Virus record (IMG/VR): IMGVR_UViG_3300045988_110030
Coordinates: 90,200 to 154,199 of that record
Reading direction: 5' to 3' (one strand)
Source: a virus
Length of the DNA stretch: 64,000 bases
Translations under genes and position numbers: made by a program
The notes under the pieces: model-generated
What the model was told of the DNA's origin: nothing
The model's database searches: none
The model's input: the letters and a program-made list of their open reading frames with translations, nothing else
Shown: positions 20,015 to 27,713 of the stretch, piece by piece
Position numbering within the stretch: position 1 is the first letter of the stretch
How the letters are laid out: the number at the start of each line of letters is the position of its first letter

Positions 20015-21079
20015 ATGAACTTTGTTACGTGCTTCATGCACGTATGTTTAACAATTAAATACTATAAAATTATGGGTGGTGATAAAATCGTCCTTTTAGA
20101 TGGAGCCGGGGCTAACGGTGGTGGTGCAGCCACTAACGGTCTTCTTTCAATGATTCCCGGCATGTTTGCTAATTTGATAGGTGGTAATAAAATGGATCCG
20201 AATCTGGTGGCGGCTTTGATGAACGGTCGTAACAACCAGGACGGTTTCGGTGGGGCTAACGGTTGGTGGCTCTGGATAATTGTTTTGTTCTGGCTGTGGG
20301 GTGGACGCGGCTTCGGTAACGGTTTTGGAAATGGCGGTGATTGTTGTGCCAATGGTTTGCCGGCTCAGTTGAATAACGATTACGGTCGTGAACTTTTGAT
20401 GCAGGCAATTCAAGGTAATCGTAGCGCCATAGATCAGATTGCTTCTGCTTTGAACTGTTCTACTACTCAACTTCAGAACGCTATCTGCAACGTACAGGGT
20501 GCTATTGATAAAGTAGCTGGTCAGGTAGGTATGACTTCTCAGGCTGTTATCAACGCAGTTCAACAACAAGGTTGTGAAATAGGAAATCAAATCAGCTCTT
20601 GCTGCTGCAATCTGAGTTCGTTGATCAATCAAAGCACTTGCCAGACTCAGGGAATGATTACTCAGCAAGGTTTTGATAACCAGCTTCGCACGTTGGAACA
20701 AACCAATATCTTGCAGAACGGTCTCAACCAAGGTCTGGCTAACAATCGTGAGCAAGCTACAAGCCAATTCAATATCTTGTCTGCGAAACTTGACGCCCAA
20801 ACCGTTATGATCAACGACAAATTCTGTCAGTTGGAAATGAGGGAGATGCAGAACACTATTGCTCAACTTCGTGAAGAAAAAGCGGCTTTGACAGCTTCGG
20901 CATTATCTCAGCAACAAACCCAGAATATCGTTGGTCAATTACGCCCGACGGCCGTCCCGGCCTACCCCTCTTGTTCTCCTTACCAGGCTTATACTTGGGG
21001 ACAGGTATTCGGAGGAGGTTGCTGCAATAACGGATGTGGATGTAACAACGGATGTTGCAATAACAACGCTGCTGTCTGA
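20015..21079 (+). CDS. Highly unusual low-complexity protein. It has a Gly/Asn-rich N-terminus, a Trp-rich transmembrane segment (GWWLWIIVLFWLWGG), GFGNGFGNGG repeats, a long Gln/Asn-rich helical region and a Cys/Asn/Gly C-terminal tail (GGGCCNNGCGCNNGCCNNNAAV).
   Basis: A 354-aa ORF. The start could instead be the internal MGGDK at ~20072. Directly read composition. No recognisable family. Confidence 0.55.
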   Translation: MNFVTCFMHVCLTIKYYKIMGGDKIVLLDGAGANGGGAATNGLLSMIPGMFANLIGGNKMDPNLVAALMNGRNNQDGFGGANGWWLWIIVLFWLWGGRGFGNGFGNGGDCCANGLPAQLNNDYGRELLMQAIQGNRSAIDQIASALNCSTTQLQNAICNVQGAIDKVAGQVGMTSQAVINAVQQQGCEIGNQISSCCCNLSSLINQSTCQTQGMITQQGFDNQLRTLEQTNILQNGLNQGLANNREQATSQFNILSAKLDAQTVMINDKFCQLEMREMQNTIAQLREEKAALTASALSQQQTQNIVGQLRPTAVPAYPSCSPYQAYTWGQVFGGGCCNNGCGCNNGCCNNNAAV

Positions 21080-21102
21080 TTTTATTAAGAGAGGAGGCTA
21101 AT

Positions 21103-21516
21103 ATGGCTTGTGTTTCTAAAATAGGATCGTTGTATGAGATGGTTACGAAGAATGTTATTGTCAGTACGACAAATACAATCTTCGGTATTAACCCACGGGC
21201 TTGGATCGCCCTTCCGTGTGAGGGTCTTATCCTTCTTAAGATAAGGCAAGTAGTCCCCACAGCCGGAAGTGCTCTACCGGTACAGATTGCGGTCCCGGCA
21301 AACAGCACAGTTTCAACAGTAGGAGCCGACACCTGTTGCTCGGTTACGGGAGTGAATGTCGTGAACCCTATTAACGTAGCTGTAACGGGTGCTGCTATGG
21401 TAAATGGCACAGAACGCCTTCTGTACTTCAATAAAGTTCGTGGCGTGTTAAGATTAATGGATTGCTGTGTTCCAGTAGCGGCAGCCCAGGCGTCTGAAGT
21501 TAAAGCAGGTAAATGA
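21103..21516 (+). CDS. Hypothetical protein (137 aa), rich in Val/Ala/Thr with paired cysteines.
   Basis: Preceded by a strong Shine-Dalgarno sequence (GAGAGGAGG, 8 nt upstream of the ATG). Sits in a cluster of co-oriented small genes. Confidence 0.55.
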   Translation: MACVSKIGSLYEMVTKNVIVSTTNTIFGINPRAWIALPCEGLILLKIRQVVPTAGSALPVQIAVPANSTVSTVGADTCCSVTGVNVVNPINVAVTGAAMVNGTERLLYFNKVRGVLRLMDCCVPVAAAQASEVKAGK

Positions 21517-21566
21517 TTTCAGTAGGGTGATGGAGATCATCACCCTATTTTCACCTAAATAATATT

Positions 21567-22061
21567 TTGATCATGTTTTCAGATTTGAAGAAAGGGTTTC
21601 AGGTACATACCCTTGATACTAATACAGTACCTAAATACGAATTGGGAAAGGTAGTAGCCGTATCCGAACCCAGGTATCTTCCTCCTCAGCCGGGTCAGTA
21701 TCAGGCGATGCAGACCCGCGTGGTGGATCTGACGGTAGAGCTCACTGGCGAAACCAAGACCTATACGGTTCCGGAATCCCAGAATGTGGCTAAGGCTATG
21801 GGTATAACATTATCTACCAGCATAGATCCGATTATGAACGAACTGAATGCTATAAAAAACACCAGTCAAGACATAATAAACAGCGTAGATGCCCATCGTG
21901 CCAAGATAGAGGCTTGTGAATCTATATTAGAAGACATCAATCCGGCATTCAAACAAACGAGAGAGCAGGATCGTAAAATAGCTGGTATAGAAAATAAGGT
22001 GAATGACCTTACTGATTCATTCGAAGATTTAAAGAAGTTGATTGTAGAACGTTTGAAATAA
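21567..22061 (+). CDS. Hypothetical coiled-coil protein (164 aa).
   Basis: An ORF with a heptad-like C-terminal half, tightly spaced with its neighbours. Confidence 0.5.
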   Translation: MIMFSDLKKGFQVHTLDTNTVPKYELGKVVAVSEPRYLPPQPGQYQAMQTRVVDLTVELTGETKTYTVPESQNVAKAMGITLSTSIDPIMNELNAIKNTSQDIINSVDAHRAKIEACESILEDINPAFKQTREQDRKIAGIENKVNDLTDSFEDLKKLIVERLK

Positions 22062-22068
22062 GTATAAT

Positions 22069-22440
22069 ATGATAGTATATGATTTAAATTCAGGGCAAAG
22101 AGAATATCCTGGATATGATGAGATAGAAGATAGACGAGGCAGAGGCCGTAGTCGTCGTTCTGATGGGACGTACATGGGTTACGGACATGGATTCCTTCCT
22201 CCTTATGACCATTATGGTATGCATGAAAAAATGAAAGAGATGGAAGAACGCGAAAACGAGTTGGAAGAAAGAGAAAGAAGACTCGAAGAACGCGAACGTC
22301 GTCATGAAATGGAGGACCGGGAATACCGGAGGATGGGTTACGAATCTTACCCGACCGATTATTATGGAGACGACAGATACTACGGTGACGGACCTCAGAT
22401 GCGTAGAGGTCGCGGACGTGGCAGAGGTCGTTCTTATTGA
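22069..22440 (+). CDS. Hypothetical low-complexity protein. It is RG-, Tyr- and ER-rich (RGRGRS…, EERERRLEERERRHEMEDREYRR, C-terminal RGRGRGRGRSY).
   Basis: Directly read. It resembles eukaryote-type RGG/RG nucleic-acid-binding low-complexity regions. Confidence 0.5.
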   Translation: MIVYDLNSGQREYPGYDEIEDRRGRGRSRRSDGTYMGYGHGFLPPYDHYGMHEKMKEMEERENELEERERRLEERERRHEMEDREYRRMGYESYPTDYYGDDRYYGDGPQMRRGRGRGRGRSY

Positions 22441-22533
22441 GGAGCAGACGCAGAGGATCCAGCTTATCAGAAATATGTAGATACTTACGGCTACCATTTT
22501 TCTAATGCTCTCGCTGATGAGGCGGTAAAGAAG

Positions 22534-22827
22534 ATGGTCAACGTCGATGGATCCAAGAGGATCTGGAAGCAGCCGGAAATAAAAGATATTTTTGAAAAGT
22601 GCGGAGCGAAGAAGCCGGATAAAGCGACATGGGGCGATGTCCAATATGTCTTTGCAATGTACTATTCGGATGGTTTTCCGAAGGTCTTCAAATGTGAGAA
22701 CGAGTTGGTGAAAGCTACGTTAATGTATTTGGATGATCCGGATGCTCCCGAAGGAGTAGCCTTTATAAGATGGCTTGCCGTGCAAGATTACCTCGGCGAA
22801 AAAATAAACTGGAAGGATCTGACCTGA
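22534..22827 (+). CDS. Hypothetical protein (97 aa).
   Basis: The ORF ends ~100 nt before a GC-rich hairpin plus T-run at 22930-22985. Confidence 0.4.
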   Translation: MVNVDGSKRIWKQPEIKDIFEKCGAKKPDKATWGDVQYVFAMYYSDGFPKVFKCENELVKATLMYLDDPDAPEGVAFIRWLAVQDYLGEKINWKDLT

Positions 22828-22929
22828 GATCCAGATCCAGGTCCTTCCGGTGGTGCGGGAGCCATAGTGAAAAATATGATTCCCGCATTCCCGTTTTTCC
22901 CGTTTGGAAAAAAAGAATAAAAATGTTAT

Positions 22930-24562
22930 ACCGGTCGGCGGGCAATAGAATACCCGTGGCCGGTTTGTTTCACATAACTTTTTTTGGATATGAATATAGC
23001 ACACGAATCTAAATCGAATAAAACCCCATTGTATTTAATAGGAGAGTTGATTGGCGTACCGAATACGGTTATGGACTCAGCATTGCATGAACTGAAAGAT
23101 AGAATAGACAAAGACCCTAAATGGGTGATTATATACCACTTTACACCAAAAGCGTAAAGTAATACACATTTATACGGAAATTCGTACCGGGTTACACCAA
23201 AACCCTCTACCTTCTGGTAACATCGTTACATCAAAGGATTCTTTTTCCGATTTACGGATGATGTTAAAAGCACCATTGATATCAGCATTAATTGTCTTAC
23301 CAGAAGAGGTTTTAAACAATCCTCGTTTGATCCTTCTTCCTTTGTAGGATTCATGTTTGCAAATCCGTTCATTATCTAAAAAGCTACATTTTGAAGTATA
23401 AGATTCTTCAACGATCTTAACATTAATACCTTCTAATGTAGCTTTATACGATATCATACTGATAAACGAATTAAAAGGAATAGATACAAAGTTCTGATTA
23501 TTACGCTTTCCAATATTGATCTCTTGTTTCCAGTATTTGTTATGACCGATTATGATCGTATTAATACCATTGGAAACTACATGATTAACCAATATTCTAC
23601 TTGCTTTATGCAGATAGTCTTTGATCTTGTTATTCCTTTTGTCGGTTAATGACCTTATTTGTTTTGAAATCTGTTTATTGTCTTTTAACTTAGATTTTAA
23701 GAATGCTAACCTTTTGTTATAATATTGGTTAATAGACTTTAGTGGCCTACCATTGATGATAAAACAAGAACCGGTGTTTGAAACACAAGATGCTAAATTA
23801 TCCAATCCTATGTCGATGCCAAGATAGTTCCCATTATCGGACATAAGATTCTTTTCCTTCTTATTGTAAACTATTTCAAGAACAATATACCCATTCTTAG
23901 GAATGAATCTAAGTTGTTGAATATTTTGCTTGTTAGTTCTTGTTGTAAAGGAAAACTGTTTTGGTAACTTAACAATGCCTTGTTTTATCCATTTTTGAGA
24001 AAAAGCATTTGTTGCAAAAACAGCAGGAAACAAACCACCCTTGTTGAGATACCTTGGCATTCTTACTTCCTCAGAATACTCACCTCTATTCTTTTTATTA
24101 AAGAGATTGAAGAAAGATTTAAAGTTTCTATCAACCATCATCAACACTTGTTGAGCAACCGGTGCTGGTAAAGCACGATAGTCAACATCATTTTCTGTTC
24201 TTAACTTCTTTTCAAGAGAATAGTAGTTTAGGTACTTATACTTTACAGTATTATCATCCTTGTATTGAAAATAATACTGTCTAACAACATATAACCCTTT
24301 ATTGTATAAGTTTTTACACTTATGCAATAGATCATAAAGTTCATTGTAATAAACAGAACTTGGTTTGATCGTATGTTGTTCGACTAATCTCATGACACAA
24401 ATATAGAAATTATTATTTATATATGAAAACAAATTGGCGTATTTGTGGTGTAAAGTTGTATATAATTACCTAAAGATGTTAAAAATTGGCTCGAATCTTT
24501 ACCCAAGATCTGAACCTATTTTTTTTCAATACCGGGCCCGATGCGATTTTAACGTATCGGGT
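22930..24562 (-). mobile_element. IS200/IS605-family tnpB-only (IS1341-like) insertion element. Boundaries are approximate. The tnpB 3'-flanking 150-250 nt (≈22930-23170) would encode the TnpB guide RNA (reRNA/omega-RNA).
   Basis: The tnpB ORF is flanked by GC-rich subterminal hairpins in an AT-rich background. One is 22930-22964 (accggtcggcggg…cccgtggccggt). The other is 24528-24553 (cccgatgcg-attttaa-cgtatcggg followed by TTTTT). There is no TnpA (HuH) ORF. TTCCCG-type short repeats occur at 22880-22915. Confidence 0.55.
23170..24432 (-). CDS. tnpB: TnpB (OrfB) RNA-guided nuclease of the IS200/IS605 family.
   Basis: RuvC-I is YLGIDIGLDNLA. RuvC-II is …TIIIGHNKYWKQEINIGKRNN… with its Glu. 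A zinc finger (CSFLDNERICKHESYKGRRIKRG…) is followed by RuvC-III (INADINGAFNI). The likely true start is the internal MRLVEQ…. Confidence 0.85.
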   Translation of the reverse strand: MFSYINNNFYICVMRLVEQHTIKPSSVYYNELYDLLHKCKNLYNKGLYVVRQYYFQYKDDNTVKYKYLNYYSLEKKLRTENDVDYRALPAPVAQQVLMMVDRNFKSFFNLFNKKNRGEYSEEVRMPRYLNKGGLFPAVFATNAFSQKWIKQGIVKLPKQFSFTTRTNKQNIQQLRFIPKNGYIVLEIVYNKKEKNLMSDNGNYLGIDIGLDNLASCVSNTGSCFIINGRPLKSINQYYNKRLAFLKSKLKDNKQISKQIRSLTDKRNNKIKDYLHKASRILVNHVVSNGINTIIIGHNKYWKQEINIGKRNNQNFVSIPFNSFISMISYKATLEGINVKIVEESYTSKCSFLDNERICKHESYKGRRIKRGLFKTSSGKTINADINGAFNIIRKSEKESFDVTMLPEGRGFWCNPVRISV

Positions 24563-24641
24563 TTTTATTTTAATTCATATTGTTTTATTTTAAATCTAAT
24601 TAATTCATGAATGTCGTACTTTTGTTGAAAAAGTATTCTAT

Positions 24642-24869
24642 ATGGAAAATAAGGAAGATTACGTTGGTTACGAAGATCAAGAACTGTGTAACCGGTATTA
24701 CAAAGAGGCTGAAGCCATGAGGCAAAAGCAGGACTGGTCTCGTCTTAGGGCTGTCCCTGCTCCGGCCAAGGGAACGCCATCGCCCGGCTGGGGACAGCTT
24801 GGACGTGGAAATGATGTCCGTGTTAAGTACGTTAGCATCAATTCAGGATTAGGAGGGGACAGATTATGA
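24642..24869 (+). CDS. Small hypothetical ORF (75 aa) between the two IS-type nuclease genes.
   Basis: ORF only. Could be non-coding. Confidence 0.25.
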   Translation: MENKEDYVGYEDQELCNRYYKEAEAMRQKQDWSRLRAVPAPAKGTPSPGWGQLGRGNDVRVKYVSINSGLGGDRL

Positions 24870-25230
24870 CCGTAGAAGAATTAGCTAATAAAAGATACGG
24901 TGGCGAATTTGTTTTCATAATTGTGAATAATACATAACTCATACAAATCATAACCAATTTGTATTGTATTATGTATAATAGCCAAAAGCTATTCCGATTA
25001 TTAGCCTAAGTGTTGAAACAAACACTACGTTATTTAAGAATAGATAGTTACCTACGGATGTTTGCCCAAGTTCGTAGCTCTAAGGTAAGTGATTAAACAA
25101 TGGTTGTATTCGAGCTATAGTGTTGCTTACTAAAAACCTTAAATAACATTGGCGATGGGTACTAACAGAGTTTTACTCTGACTTATGTTGAATAAACATT
25201 AAAAACGTTTGTAGATATGGTGTACGTACA
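24870..25230 (+). ncRNA. Putative IscB omega-RNA (guide plus scaffold). It lies immediately upstream of, and overlaps, the iscB start.
   Basis: A 350-nt ORF-free region with nested GC-containing stems (for example ctacgga…ttcgtag and gttacc…ggtaag). It is located exactly where IscB omega-RNAs are encoded. Boundaries are not determinable by eye. Confidence 0.45.
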
Positions 25231-26437
25231 AGACATAAATGGTAAACCTATGATGCCTACAACAAGGCATGGTAAGGTTAGGAGACTGCTCAAATCAAAC
25301 AAAGCAGTCGTTGTAAACCTATGTCCGTTTACCATCCGATTGACGTACATATCCGATAGTTACAAACAAGAAATCGTGTTAGGCGTTGATGCTGGGACTA
25401 AACATGTTGGTTTATCAGCTACGACGAAAAGCAAAGAACTTTACAGCAGTGAAGTGATCCTTAGAAATGATATCGTAGATCTTTTGTCTACCAGAAGAGA
25501 GCTACGGAAAGCAAGACGGAACAGGTTAAGATATAGAAAACCTCGTTTTAATAATAGAGTAAAAAACAAGCGTCCAGGATGGATAGCACCTTCGGTGCGG
25601 TACAAAGTAGACGCCCATATTCGTGTTATTGACAATGTATGTTCTATATTACCAATATCTCGTATTGTTATTGAAGTAGCTCAATTTGATACTCAAAAGA
25701 TTAACAATCCTAATATATCAGGTAAGGAATATCAGGAAGGAAACAAACTTGGTTTTTGGAACGTAAGGGAGTATGTTTTAGCAAGGGATGGGCATAAATG
25801 TCAGTATTGTAAAGGAAAATCGAAATCCAAAATCCTTAATGTCCATCACATCGAATCCCGAAAAACGGGAGGTGATTCCCCTTCTAATCTTATTACCTTA
25901 TGTGAAACTTGTCATAAAGAATACCATAAAGGTAATATAGATTTAAAGATCAAACGGGGATCGTCGCTTCGCGACGCAGCCGTAATGGGAATTATGAAAT
26001 GGAGGTTGTATGAAGAGTTAAAATCCAGATACGACAGAGTTTTTATGACGTTTGGTTACATTACGAAACATAATCGGATTAAATACGGTATTGAAAAATC
26101 CCATACATCCGACGCGTTTGTCATTTCTATGAACATTAATGCGAAACGGATCGAACGTCAATATTTAAAACGTTTAATTCGTAGACATAACAGGCAAATA
26201 CATAAAATGAAAATTTTAAAAGGAGGAAAGAAGAAAAACAATCAAGCTCCTTTTGAGGTTTTCGGTTTTAGATTGTTTGATAAAGTGTTGTATAACAATG
26301 AAATATTCTTTGTTTATGGAAGGAGAAAATCGGGGAGTTTCAACATCAGGGATTTCAACGGAGAAAATTCAAAAGATGTTTCACGCAAAAAGTTTAAACT
26401 CATTAGAGGGAAGAGGCATCCGATTATATTAAAGTAA
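25217..26437 (+). CDS. iscB: IscB (OMEGA system RNA-guided nuclease, the Cas9 ancestor), with PLMP, RuvC-I, an Arg-rich bridge helix, RuvC-II, HNH and RuvC-III.
   Basis: The N-terminus MVYVQDINGKPMMPTTRHGKVRRLLK is the PLMP domain. RuvC-I is IVLGVDAGTKHVGLSA. The bridge helix is RRELRKARRNRLRYRKPRFNNR. RuvC-II is IVIEVAQFD. HNH is HKCQYCKGKS…NVHHIESRKTGGDSPSNLITLCETCHKEYH. RuvC-III is HTSDAFVISMN. At 406 aa it is a typical IscB length. Confidence 0.85.
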   Translation: MVYVQDINGKPMMPTTRHGKVRRLLKSNKAVVVNLCPFTIRLTYISDSYKQEIVLGVDAGTKHVGLSATTKSKELYSSEVILRNDIVDLLSTRRELRKARRNRLRYRKPRFNNRVKNKRPGWIAPSVRYKVDAHIRVIDNVCSILPISRIVIEVAQFDTQKINNPNISGKEYQEGNKLGFWNVREYVLARDGHKCQYCKGKSKSKILNVHHIESRKTGGDSPSNLITLCETCHKEYHKGNIDLKIKRGSSLRDAAVMGIMKWRLYEELKSRYDRVFMTFGYITKHNRIKYGIEKSHTSDAFVISMNINAKRIERQYLKRLIRRHNRQIHKMKILKGGKKKNNQAPFEVFGFRLFDKVLYNNEIFFVYGRRKSGSFNIRDFNGENSKDVSRKKFKLIRGKRHPIILK

Positions 26438-26474
26438 ATGAATAGATTTAATAAATTTAATAGAAAAACGTATC

Positions 26475-26780
26475 ATGTATAATAAAGAAATAGTAATATG
26501 CGCGGCTATATGGGTACAGGACAACAAGAAGCGTCCCCATCAGCCCACCAACATACCATCCGGTACCGTGTTCTGTGGACTAAGACATTGTTCTATCATT
26601 TCTCAGTTTGTAGCTTATGGTATTGCTCATAAGAACCGTAGTGTGCAAGGATTTTTAACAAGCAAGAATCGGTTTTTAACAAGAGAGGAGGCATCTGAAC
26701 TTGTTAAGAACAATAATCAGGAGATGATAGTAGATAGGAATGCTATTAGAGAACAATTGTATTCAGAAGATTTATATTGA
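26475..26780 (+). CDS. Hypothetical protein (101 aa).
   Basis: ORF, co-oriented and tightly spaced with its neighbours. Confidence 0.4.
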   Translation: MYNKEIVICAAIWVQDNKKRPHQPTNIPSGTVFCGLRHCSIISQFVAYGIAHKNRSVQGFLTSKNRFLTREEASELVKNNNQEMIVDRNAIREQLYSEDLY

Positions 26781-26796
26781 CTAAAAACAAAATAAT

Positions 26797-27147
26797 ATGG
26801 GATTTATAATCAAGAAGTCAATCACTTATAATATGATGGACGGCAATCAGTTAGAGTATGTATTTGACAACATTAATTTAGATCATATCACATTTAAAGG
26901 TAATGGTAAAGAATCTTTTTCATTTAACAGAGCCCTTGTTGAAAATTTAATTGAGACATTTGATACTATGCAGGATATATACTCTGATAATTACGGAATT
27001 AAGGTTTATACCGGTAATTGCATAATTCAACTGAATGTAAATCCAAAGAACTTAAGTGAATCCTTTTTTGACGTATATGATAGAGATGGGATGAAATTGA
27101 TATATAGCATACAAAATAGTGTCTTGAAAGAAATGTTTATAATATGA
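26797..27147 (+). CDS. Hypothetical protein (116 aa).
   Basis: ORF. Confidence 0.4.
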   Translation: MGFIIKKSITYNMMDGNQLEYVFDNINLDHITFKGNGKESFSFNRALVENLIETFDTMQDIYSDNYGIKVYTGNCIIQLNVNPKNLSESFFDVYDRDGMKLIYSIQNSVLKEMFII

Positions 27148-27216
27148 TTACCAGGCAGGACATGTCATAAAAAATGGCGTAATTGAACTATTTAAACAAA
27201 TAATGAAGTCGGGTAC

Positions 27217-27573
27217 GTGAGTTATCCGACTTTTTCGTATATTTGTGGCATGGCAAAAGGTTATTATTGGATACCACAAACAGATGAAACGTTAAATGGC
27301 ATAAGCTATTACGTGACTAAGGTAGTAGGAGATATAGTGTTTGATACTAAACGAAAAAGAATAGTGTTTCAAACTACCAGGTATTTCCCAGTAGGCTCCG
27401 TATTCCATTTTACTCACAACTGCTTTAAATACGTCATAACCTGCCGGCTCCGTAAGCCGGGGCTGTGGTATGAGGCAAGGAGGGAAGACTGCGGACCTAT
27501 TGGACCGGATGATGTGGAAAGGTTCGAATCAGGAAGGTTTATTCATAGAAATGGGTACAAATATAATGCGTAA
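27217..27573 (+). CDS. Hypothetical protein (118 aa).
   Basis: ORF. Confidence 0.4.
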   Translation: MSYPTFSYICGMAKGYYWIPQTDETLNGISYYVTKVVGDIVFDTKRKRIVFQTTRYFPVGSVFHFTHNCFKYVITCRLRKPGLWYEARREDCGPIGPDDVERFESGRFIHRNGYKYNA

Positions 27574-27683
27574 GCGTAACTTGACGATTTACGTCAGATT
27601 ATAATTATTTTTTCATATGTATATTAAGCCGTCAGACTGGGAAGTTAGACGGCTTTGTTTTTATCATGTGCCTGATTTTTAAT

Positions 27684-27691
27684 TACCTTTG
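27684..27691 (+). promoter_or_regulatory. TACCTTTG (TAnnTTTG -7-like motif) 23 nt upstream of the ATG at 27714.
   Basis: Directly read. Confidence 0.35.
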
Positions 27692-27713
27692 TGTCAAAAC
27701 AAAATAAATTCTT

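Noticed and set aside
22720-23111. Overlapping small ORFs on both strands (22720-23004, 22763-22945, 22770-23012, 22926-23111).
   Set aside because: They sit in the predicted TnpB 3' guide-RNA and IS right-end region, which contains GC-rich hairpins. They overlap each other and are more plausibly RNA than protein.
24528-24562. The hairpin plus T-run (cccgatgcg…cgtatcggg-TTTTT), read as a plus-strand intrinsic terminator.
   Set aside because: No plus-strand gene ends upstream of it. It is better explained as the subterminal hairpin of the TnpB element's left end, though it could also insulate the IscB omega-RNA locus from read-through.
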